The position numbers were made by a program, and so were the translations under genes. A stretch of DNA of 24,278 nucleotides from Trueperaceae bacterium (lineage in GTDB: Bacteria; Deinococcota; Deinococci; Deinococcales; Trueperaceae): positions 1 to 24,278 of the forward strand of contig JBBDSD010000338.1 of the NCBI GenBank assembly GCA_040905065.1. The letters are read 5' to 3'. The notes beneath the pieces are model-generated. The model was given only the letters and a program-made list of their open reading frames with translations. It searched no databases and had not been told where the DNA came from. Each line of letters opens with the position of its first letter. Within the stretch, counting starts at the first letter, position 1. Below are positions 8,644-16,909 of the stretch, piece after piece.

Positions 8644-9830
8644 GCCGGGATGGTGTGGGGAGTCGGTCTGGACGCGGCAGCTTGTTTTGGAGGCTGCTGC
8701 CGTCGTACGTGCTCGTGGTCGCGGTCAGCGCCGTCACGGCGGTCGTGGCGGGCGAGAGCTTCGCCCCGTACTTCCTGGAGCGCCACGTGGTCGGCATGAT
8801 GCGCGGCATGCACGAGCTCGGCTTCGACACGATGACCGGCGCCATGACAGCGGATCTTGCCGAAGCCTACCGGAGGGCGCTGACGGGCTCCCTCGCGTGG
8901 GCCGTCGGAATGGCGGTGGTGGCGGCGACGCTGGTCGGCATGTACGTCACCCGCCGGATCGTCACGCCGCTCCGCGCATTGCGTGAGGCCAGTGGAAGGA
9001 TCGCAGGCGGCGCGTACGAGGCCCGTCTGGACGCCTCGGCACCGGGCGAGATTGGCGACTTGGCGGACGCGTTCAACACCATGGCCGCGGACCTCGAGCA
9101 CAGCGAGGGCCGGCGCGTGGCACTCCTCGGCGACGTCGCCCACGAGTTCCGGACGCCCCTGTCGAGCCTGAAGGGCTACGTCGAGGGAATCGAGGACGGC
9201 GTCTTTCCCGCCGACGAGGCCACCTTGACGGCGTGCAGGAGGCAGCTCGCGCGCCTCGAGCGCCTGGCGGAGGACCTGAGCCTCCTCTCGCGGGTCGAGA
9301 CGGGGCAGCTGAACCTCCACGCGAGGAACGTCGCCGTCGCCGACCTCGTAGCCCGCACAACCGAAGCGTTTCGCCCCCGCTTCGATGCGGAGGGCGTCGA
9401 CGTCGACGTGCGACTCCCGAAGCGACCGATGCACGTCCGTGCCGACACCGAGCGGACGATCCAGATCCTGTCGAACCTCCTCGCCAACGCGCTGAGACAC
9501 GCAGGGCCGCAGGGACGGGTCCGGATCGAGGCGCGGCCGGAGGGGCACGCCTTCGTGCGGTTCGACGTGATCGACGACGGGCCCGGCGTGGCGGACGAAG
9601 ACCTCCCGCACCTGTTCGAGCGCTTCTACCGTGCCGACAAGGCGCGGCGCCACGATGGGAACGCCGGCAGCGGCGTCGGACTCACGCTCGTGAAGCAGTT
9701 GACGATGCGCCAGGGCGGGACGGTGGGCGTGGCCAACGAGCTCGGCGGGGGCGCTCGCTTCTGGTTCACGCTGCCCATGTACGTCTCCGGGCAGGACGAG
9801 GTACGTGGCACCCCTCCCGGGGTGGGGTAG
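8640..9830 (+). CDS. HAMP-domain sensor histidine kinase (BaeS/CopS-like)
   Basis: Two TM helices around a short His/Met-rich loop (ERHVVGMMRGMHELGFDTMTGAM), HAMP, H-box AHEFRTPL, N-box NLLANALRH, G1 DDGPG, G2 GSGVGL; ATGA overlap with the regulator. Confidence 0.95.
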   Translation: MSRDGVGSRSGRGSLFWRLLPSYVLVVAVSAVTAVVAGESFAPYFLERHVVGMMRGMHELGFDTMTGAMTADLAEAYRRALTGSLAWAVGMAVVAATLVGMYVTRRIVTPLRALREASGRIAGGAYEARLDASAPGEIGDLADAFNTMAADLEHSEGRRVALLGDVAHEFRTPLSSLKGYVEGIEDGVFPADEATLTACRRQLARLERLAEDLSLLSRVETGQLNLHARNVAVADLVARTTEAFRPRFDAEGVDVDVRLPKRPMHVRADTERTIQILSNLLANALRHAGPQGRVRIEARPEGHAFVRFDVIDDGPGVADEDLPHLFERFYRADKARRHDGNAGSGVGLTLVKQLTMRQGGTVGVANELGGGARFWFTLPMYVSGQDEVRGTPPGVG

Positions 9831-9833
9831 CAT
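9805..9833 (+). promoter_or_regulatory. copA promoter with internal CsoR-type operator
   Basis: -35-like GTGGCA (9805-9810), 17-bp spacer, -10 TAGCAT (9828-9833); IR CACCCC-TCCC-GGGGTG (9809-9824) lies across the spacer. Confidence 0.7.
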
Positions 9834-9884
9834 CGGTGGATCGTCGCGGGTAGTTCGAAACCCGCCACCGTTCCGGGAGGATCC

Positions 9885-12393
9885 ATGAGCACCATTCACG
9901 TCGGCATCGAAGGCATGACCTGCGCGAACTGCAGCACCCGCGTCGAACGCGCGCTTCAGCGAGCGGACGGCGTGCAGGAAGCCTCGGTCAACCTCGCGAC
10001 GGAACGCACCACCGTCGTCTACGATCCCGCCATCACGAGCCCCGATGCACTCGCCCGCAGGCAGCATCGAGGCCGCCGGCTACCGTCCCGTCGTCGACGA
10101 AGCCACGCTGTCGATCGGCGGCATGACCTGTGCCAACTGCAGCGCACGCGTCGAACGCGCCCTCGGGAAACGGCCCGGCGTCCTCGAGGCGAGCGTCAAC
10201 CTCGCCACCGAGCGCGCAACCGTGCGCTACCTCCCCTCCACCGTCTCGACTGCCGACCTGGCCAACGTGGTGCGCGAGGCGGGCTACGAGGTCCTGGACA
10301 CCGCTGGGGCCGATGGCGGCGCGGACGTCGAGCGCGCCTCGCGCGAGCGGTCCCTCCGCGGGCTGCGCCAGGACCTGCTCGTGGCGGCCGCGTTCACCAC
10401 GGCCCTCGTGGTACTGACCATGCTGCACATGTTCGTTCCCGCGGTCGACGCGTGGCTCATGGACGCGGTCGGCATGCGCGGCTTCGTGCTCCTGTCCTTC
10501 GCCCTCGCCACCGTGGTGCAGTTCGGCCCCGGTCGACGGTTCTACCGCCCCGGCTGGAAGAGCCTCCGCGCGGGGAGCCCGGACATGAACTCCCTGGTCA
10601 TGATCGGGACCAGCGCCGCCTACGGCTACTCCCTCGGCGCCACCTTCCTCCCGAACGTGCTCCCCGCGGGCACCGTGAACGTGTACTACGAGGCGTCCGC
10701 GGCCATCATCACCCTCATCCTCCTGGGCAAGTACCTCGAGGCGGTAGCCAAGGGCCGCACCAGCGAAGCGATCAAGAAGCTCATGGGCCTGCAGGCCAAG
10801 ACCGCGCGCGTGATGCGCGACGGGCAAGAGATCGAGCTCCCGGTCGGCGAGGTCTGCCCCGGCGACGCCGTCCTGGTCAGGCCCGGCGAGAAGGTCCCGG
10901 TCGACGGACGCGTGCTGTCCGGCTCCTCGTTCGTGGACGAATCGATGATCACCGGCGAGCCCGTTCCCGTGCGTAAGGAAGTCGGCGACGAGGTCGTCGG
11001 CGCCACCATGAACACCTCCGGCGCGTTCCGGTTCGAGGCGACGCGCATCGGGACGGACACGGTGTTGTCCCAGATCGTCCGAATGGTCGAGGAGGCTCAA
11101 GGCAGCAAGCCGCGCATCCAGCAGCTCGCAGACCGGGTGGTGTCCGTGTTCGTCCCGATCGTGATGGCGATCGCAGCGGTCACGTTCGTTGCCTGGCTCG
11201 CGTTCGGTCCCCAGCCCGCACTCACCTTCGCGTTGGTGAACACCGTCGCCGTCCTGATCATCGCCTGCCCCTGCGCCATGGGACTCGCGACGCCCACCAG
11301 CATCATGGTGGGCACCGGCAAGGGTGCCGAGATGGGCGTACTGTTCCGCAAGGGCGACGCGCTCCCGTCCCTGCGCGAGGCGAACGTAATCGCGTTCGAC
11401 AAGACCGGGACGCTGACGGAGGGCCGGCCGACGCTCACCGACCTGCACCTCGTGGGCGACGCGGACCGGAGCCAGCTTCTCGGCCTGATCGCTGCGGTCG
11501 AGTCCCAGAGCGAGCATCCGATCGGCGACGCCATCGTCCGGGCCGCACGGGACGAGGGGTTCGAGATTGCCGCGCCCCAAGACTTCTCCTCCGTCGTCGG
11601 GTTTGGGGTCGAGGCCACTGTTGCCGGGCGTCGCGTGCAGGTCGGCGCCGACCGGCTGATGGTCCGGCTCGGCATCGACGTCGCGCCCATCTCCGACCGC
11701 GCCGCCGCGCTGGCCGACGCAGGCAAGACCCCCCTGTACGCCGCCGTCGACGGTCAGCTGGCGGCCCTGATCGCGGTGGCCGACCCGATCAAGGCCTCGA
11801 CACCTCGCACCGTGCGGGCCCTGCACGAGCTCGGGTTCGACGTCGCCATGATCACCGGGGATGCACGCCGCACTGCCGACGCGATCGCGCGGCAGCTGGG
11901 CATCGACCACGTCGAGGCCGAGGTGTTGCCTGACGGCAAGGTCAACGCCGTGCAGAGACTTCAGTACGGCGGGCGCAAGGTCGCCTTCGTCGGCGACGGC
12001 ATCAACGACGCCCCCGCCCTCGCCCAGGCGGACGTGGGCCTCGCAATCGGCACCGGCACCGACATCGCCATCGAAACCGCCGACGTGGTCCTGATGGCGG
12101 GCGACCTCCGCGGCGTGCCGAACGCAGTGGCGCTGTCGAAGGCGACGTTCACGAACATCCGCCAGAACCTGTTCTGGGCCTTCGTCTACAACACGGTGCT
12201 GATCCCCGTCGCCGCAGGCGTCCTGTATCCCGCGTTCGGGTTGCTCCTCTCCCCCATCTTCGCGGCCACGGCCATGGGCCTGTCGAGCATCTTCGTTCTC
12301 ACGAACGCCCTCCGGCTGCGCCGGTTCGCGCCGCCGATGGCGGACGTGCCGGAGCGACCGGTCGGAGGCGAGCCGACCTTGGCCACCGCCTGA
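9885..12393 (+). pseudogene. copA: Cu(I)-transporting P1B-1 ATPase with two N-terminal HMA domains and a +1 frameshift at ~10054-10056
   Basis: GMTCANC twice, [42 protein letters not shown] and MGLSS; GGAGG SD before ATG 9885; removing one C from GCCC (10053-10056) restores a single frame. Confidence 0.93.
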
Positions 12394-12675
12394 CGGCGTA
12401 CCGATCGCGATGTCGACCACGCTCAGGTTCGAGCCCGTGACGATGCTTCGTAGCGCGCTTGCGCGCGACCGGCACCTGCAGCCGCAGGACGGCGCCGCAC
12501 ATCGAAGTCGAACGACGAACGACGCGCGAAACACGAGAGCGCGACGAATCCTCCGCACTCGTCAGGGCCACCTGATCCACGCGTGGAACGGAACGGATCG
12601 CCCTTCACATTCCCTGAACATCGCATTGGGACAATCGCCGTACACGGCCGTGCGGCCGTCGAAGGGAGACGATTC

Positions 12676-12891
12676 ATGACACCTACGACGAAAGTGCCGG
12701 TGCGCCCTGCGCAGGTTTCAACCCCCCGTGGAGAAAAGCATCCGTCTACGTTCCTACGCCGAGGCTCCCGGTCCCCGTTCCCGTTCGGCAATGTCGCCGC
12801 CGAGTGCGCGTTCGTGCGATCGACCGCCGCCACCCACCGGCCGACGGTCACCCTCTCGAACGGTACGACCGCGTCGGAGCGCGGCGCATGA
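12676..12891 (+). pseudogene. 71-aa ORF, possibly a degenerate YHS/TRASH metal-binding protein
   Basis: AAGGGAG SD; ATGA overlap with the cytochrome c start; TKVPVRPAQV and FGNVAAECAF resemble DPVCGMxV and FCSxxCxxxF but lack the consensus Cys. Confidence 0.3.
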
Positions 12892-13343
12892 GTCGACACC
12901 GCGACCCACGACGCCGCAGGCCATGGTGGCGACGCCGTCTCGCAGAGGCGGCCGCGGCCGCCTTCGCCCTTCTGGCGGTCATGGCCGTGATCGCCATACG
13001 AGTGTACGAGAGCCCTCCGCGGGCCGAAGCGACATCGACGGTGAGCCAGGAGGTGTTGGACGAAGGTGCCGAGTTGTACCAAGCCTCCTGTGCAAGCTGC
13101 CACGGTACCGACCGCGAAGGCTCCGCCCTGGCGAGCATGCCGGCACCGCCCCTCGACGGTAGCGCCCACTCGTGGCACCACTCCGACGAGCAGATCGTCG
13201 GCCTGATCCGCCGCGGTGGGCGCGTGATGCCGGCAGTAGGCTTCGACTGGAGCGACGAGCAGGTCGAGGCGGTCCTCGCCTACGTGAAGAGCGGCTGGGA
13301 GCCGTGGCAGCGAGAGGCGCAACAAGGTAGCTTGGGCGAATGA
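12888..13343 (+). CDS. Membrane-anchored monoheme c-type cytochrome
   Basis: N-terminal TM helix, LYQASCASCHG heme motif, PAPPLDGSAHSWHHSD, candidate axial Met in VMPA; GGAG SD. Confidence 0.9.
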   Translation: MSRHRDPRRRRPWWRRRLAEAAAAAFALLAVMAVIAIRVYESPPRAEATSTVSQEVLDEGAELYQASCASCHGTDREGSALASMPAPPLDGSAHSWHHSDEQIVGLIRRGGRVMPAVGFDWSDEQVEAVLAYVKSGWEPWQREAQQGSLGE

Positions 13344-13580
13344 TGAGAGGGGGACACGGCGGCATGGGGATCGGCATGGTTCTCTTGTGGAGCCTCCTCG
13401 TGCTCGCGATCGTGTGGCTCGCCCGCGACCTCGGCGTCTGGCGCCGCACGGGAGAGCCTGCACAAGGGCGGCAGCAGCCGACGTTCGGCGACCCTGCACT
13501 CGCCATTCTCCGCGAGCGGTACGCATGCAGCGAGATCGACGGAGACGAGTACGAGCGGTGCAGGCGGGATCTCACCGTGA
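13340..13580 (+). pseudogene. SHOCT-domain membrane protein, copy 1 (degenerate; stop lost, reads into IS relic)
   Basis: GGMGIGMVLLWSLLVLAIVWL...ALAILRERYACSEIDGDEYERCRRDL; frame runs on to 14062 antisense to the IS1634 relic. Confidence 0.75.
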
Positions 13581-13607
13581 CGGATGGGGGATGGACCCAA
13601 TGGAACC

Positions 13608-14106
13608 CTCAGGCCAAAGTCATGGTGGGAGGAGGCCGCTCATCAGAAACGAGGCGGTTGGAGCTGCGGGTTTCCTGGTGGTGTACGGTGCTGGAGTTCT
13701 CCCAGGTGCCTTGCGGCCAACCGCTCCTCAACGTCGCCCTTCCGCTGAATCAGACAGTCCATCGCGGCGAACACATCGTCGATCCTCACGTCCCCCACAC
13801 CGCACACGTCCGCCAGGCTGGTGGCGTGCCACGAACGGGTGCGCACCCGTTTGCTGCCCGGACTCAACAACCGCTGCTCCACGAGCGCCAAGATGATGGA
13901 ACGCACCGGCGTCACGAGCTCGTCCAGCACACCCAGCTGCTGCCCCGCAGACCGGCGCGCACCACCCCCACCAGTTCGTCCCTCAACGCGTTGATGTTCC
14001 CCACCGTCTCCTTCTTGAGCTTGCCACCCTCACGGTACGAGCGGTGCAGCAGGTGGGCGTAGTACGCCCGATCCTGATATCGCCGTGCGGTCGTAACCAC
14101 GTGCAC
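13608..14106 (-). mobile_element. IS1634-family transposase relic (N-terminal part, frameshifted and deleted)
   Basis: VHVVTTARRYQDRAYYAHLLHRSYREGGKLKKETVGNI, then shifted LALVEQRLLSPGSK...FAAMDCLIQRKGDVEERLAARHLGE; DDE domain absent; lower boundary tentative. Confidence 0.85.
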
Positions 14107-14147
14107 GCCACTACGAGGCTCGAACATGGCGTGGTAAGAGCGCCTGA

Positions 14148-15420
14148 GAAGGTGTTGACGATCTAAGCTTGGGGTTGGAGTTCCGTGGCAACGCGGCGCA
14201 GTAGCCTGCGTCCTTCAGCCAGCCAGATCCAGGCTTCGGAGACTGCGAGGTTGCGGTCGTGATCCGTGTTCATGCGACGGGGCCGGTCGTTCCAGGCGTT
14301 GGTGCGTTCGATGAGCCAGCGTTTGGGCAGCACCACGAAACCTCGCTCATGGGCTGGGAAGAGGGGTGCTTGCCCGTGGTACCAACGGCCGACGTTGCGG
14401 TTCGCGGGGTGACGCACGACCTGAACGTCGATGTCGTGCTTGGCGCGCATCTCGCGGGCGCGGGTACCGGCGTAGCCGCCGCCAAGGAACAGCGTTTCGA
14501 TGCCCGCGGCCTTCTCCTTGGCGACATCGACGATTCCCATCGCAGCATCCCGGTTCTGCACGCTGGCGGCGGTGACCATTACAGCGAGCAGCAGGCCGAG
14601 CGTGTCCGTCACCAGATGACGTGTGCGGCCCTTCACCTTCTTGCCGGCGTCGTACCCCTACGGGCCGCCCTGCGCTCTGGTCTTGACCGATTGCGAGTCG
14701 AGGATCGCGGCGGACGGGTCCGGATTGCGGCGCTCATGACGGCACCACAGCATGCGCAGCTCGTCGTACATCTGCTCGAACCAACCTTTCGCCAGCCAGC
14801 GACGGAAGGTGCGGTACACCACCGGCCACGGAGGCAGGTCCTTCGGCAGCATCCGCCATGAGCAACCAAAACGCAGCACGTACACGCAGGCATCCAGCAT
14901 CACTCGGCGTGGGTACTTCGGTGGGCGACCCGTCCGTCCGCGAGGATCGAAGATGTGCACCACCGCCGCCCACTCCGCGTCCGTCAACCCGCACGGGTAC
15001 CGGACCGCGTCACCAACGTCACGATGCCCCGCGTGACAGCCGTACGAGCGAGAAGTTACCCGCTCCTCGTCGGCTTCCTCCTGCGGCTTGAAAGTGGCAG
15101 CCTCCCCGCCGCCGTCCGCGGCCGCCCGCGGCGGTCGCGCCCGCACGCAGCCCACCTCCCGCAGGTACTTCCGTGCCGTCACCACGGAGATCGTGACACC
15201 AGACTTGCGTCGCAACGCGTCCACCAGATCATCGAGCGACAGCATCGGCCGTTCCCTCACCAACGCCACCAACTCCTCGACCTGCTCCTCACTCAACTTC
15301 GGAGGCCGTCCCACATGCACTACACGCCCCTTCGACCCACCCCCACCCGCAACCACGCCGCACCTCCTCCCAAAAGATCGGGCGCGAAACCGCGAACACC
15401 CTTACGTAGTCAACACCTTC
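14148..15420 (-). mobile_element. IS5-family element (IS1031-like), 1273 bp
   Basis: Perfect 12-bp TIRs GAAGGTGTTGAC (14148-14159) and GTCAACACCTTC (15409-15420); TGA direct repeats at 14145-14147 and 15421-15423. Confidence 0.93.
14163..15356 (-). pseudogene. IS5 transposase with N-terminal winged-HTH extension; in-frame TAG at 14658-14660
   Basis: LTDAEWAAV, GCSWRMLPKDLPPW, AILDSQSVKT, GGP*GYDAGKKVKGRTRH, KRWLIERTNAW; both ORF pieces are in one frame; expected FADxGY motif reads FLGGGY. Confidence 0.92.
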
Positions 15421-15564
15421 TGAGAGCGGCGCCATCGATCAGCATTCGTGACGGTCGACGCGTGCGGACGCATACCACCACGATCCCCGGTCCCGAACGA
15501 TCAAACACGCACTTTCAACGGACCTTTATACGCGCTTCACAGTGTCCGGTCACACTCGGGGCAT

Positions 15565-15581
15565 ATACCCACCATGGGTAT
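15565..15581 (+). promoter_or_regulatory. Putative CsoR-type operator (ATACCC-N5-GGGTAT)
   Basis: Perfect IR ATACCCA-CCA-TGGGTAT just upstream of a GAGAGGAG SD that heads the SHOCT operon. Confidence 0.6.
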
Positions 15582-15596
15582 CCGAGAGGAGTTCCG

Positions 15597-15662
15597 ATGA
15601 CCACCTTCAGATTCACCGTACGCGCACCCGATGTGGCCCCCCCGGCCGGAGGCTCGCCGTGA
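15597..15662 (+). CDS. Putative 21-aa leader peptide MTTFRFTVRAPDVAPPAGGSP
   Basis: Strong SD GAGAGGAG 5 nt upstream; its TGA overlaps the GTGATG start of the SHOCT gene. Confidence 0.35.
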   Translation: MTTFRFTVRAPDVAPPAGGSP

Positions 15663-15952
15663 TGGGCTACGGCGGCTGGGGCATGGGCGCCATGGGCGGG
15701 ATCGGCATGATCCTGTTCTGGATCGTGCTCATCCTCGCCATCGTCTGGCTCGCACGCGCCCTCGACCTCGGTCGCACCTTCCCGCGTCGCGACAGCGAGC
15801 CCCGCGACGACGAGCGGCGCCCCGAGCAACGCGCCCTCGCCGGCAAAGACGACGCCCTCAAGATCCTCCGTGAGCGTTACGCCCGCGGCGAGATCGAAGC
15901 CGACGAGTTCGAACGCCGCAAGCAAGACCTGATCAGGAAGGACGACACATGA
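15659..15952 (+). CDS. SHOCT-domain membrane protein, copy 2 (intact)
   Basis: MGYGGWGMGAMGGIGMILFWIVLILAIVWL...ALKILRERYARGEIEADEFERRKQDL; GGAGG SD. Confidence 0.87.
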   Translation: MMGYGGWGMGAMGGIGMILFWIVLILAIVWLARALDLGRTFPRRDSEPRDDERRPEQRALAGKDDALKILRERYARGEIEADEFERRKQDLIRKDDT

Positions 15953-16767
15953 ACCGCACTCGCACGCTCCTCGCATTCGCCCTCGCCACCCTCCTCGGCC
16001 TCGCCCTCGCGCAAGGCATGATGGGCACCCCCAACGACCCGCGCGCCCCCGGCGGCGGCTACGGCAACTACGGCAATTACGGGATGATGCAGCCCGGCTA
16101 CGGCGGCTACGGCCCCGGTGGCATGGGCATGATGGGCCCCGGCTACGGCAGTCGCGGCGGCCAAGGAATGATGGGCGGCATGGGCATGATGGGCGGCGGC
16201 ATGATGGGCGGCACCATGATGCGCGTCCTCCCGCCCGACGCCCAGCCGCTGGACGACGCGGAGCTGCGTGCACGCCTCGACGCCGCCGCCCGTGCCTTCG
16301 GCCCCGACGTAAGCGTCGACGACGTCATGCCGTTCACCGACCACAGCTACGCGCAGTTCGTCGGGCCGGATGGAACCGGACTCGCCGAAGTTCTCGTCGA
16401 CCGCTACACCGGTATCGTCACCCCAGAGCCGGGCCCCAACATGATGTGGAACGTCCGCACCGCCATGGGCGGGTACGGCATGGGTGGTTTCGGCATGAAC
16501 GGCAACGGCATGGGACCGTGGGGCGCGACGCTGAACACGGCGCAGCAGCGCTACGACGAGACCCAGGCCCGCGAGCTCGCCGCCACATTCCTCGCCGGCT
16601 ACCTGCCCGGCGCAGACGTCCTGGCCAGCCAAACCTTCCCCGGCTACGCCACCTTCGACTACGGCCGCGACGGCCGCATCGACGGCATGCTCAGCGTCAA
16701 TCTCGGCAGCGGCCAGATCTGGCCCCACACCTGGCACGGTGCAGCGCTCGCAAGCGCACACGACTGA
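15949..16767 (+). CDS. Secreted Met/Gly-rich protein with PepSY-like repeats and C-terminal HTWHG motif
   Basis: Sec signal peptide (LLGLALA/Q), GMMG repeats, EVLVDRYTG and GMLSVNLGSGQIWPHTWHG; ATGA overlap with the SHOCT gene. Confidence 0.85.
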   Translation: MNRTRTLLAFALATLLGLALAQGMMGTPNDPRAPGGGYGNYGNYGMMQPGYGGYGPGGMGMMGPGYGSRGGQGMMGGMGMMGGGMMGGTMMRVLPPDAQPLDDAELRARLDAAARAFGPDVSVDDVMPFTDHSYAQFVGPDGTGLAEVLVDRYTGIVTPEPGPNMMWNVRTAMGGYGMGGFGMNGNGMGPWGATLNTAQQRYDETQARELAATFLAGYLPGADVLASQTFPGYATFDYGRDGRIDGMLSVNLGSGQIWPHTWHGAALASAHD

Positions 16768-16909
16768 CGACACAATCCGGTGGCGATGCGCCCTCGGTTC
16801 CCACGAGGACGCATCGCGATCCCACGAGCCCGCACGGGCCGGAAAACCCCTGCCGGGGGAGCGGACCCGAAAACCCTTACGTCAGCCCATCATGAATGAA
16901 GAGGATCAC

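Noticed and set aside
9846-9870. GTTCGAAACCC...CCA as a tRNA T-arm/3' end or att site
   Set aside because: T-stem does not pair in tRNA geometry; no D or anticodon arms
10033-12558. 841-aa antisense ORF (also 8259-10067, 12-1319, 1373-2695, 2395-3732 and others)
   Set aside because: Shadow ORFs opposite real genes in high-GC DNA; Arg/Gly/His/Asp-rich with no motifs
13340-14062. 240-aa ORF as a novel SHOCT fusion protein
   Set aside because: The C-terminal ~160 aa are antisense read-through of the IS1634 relic
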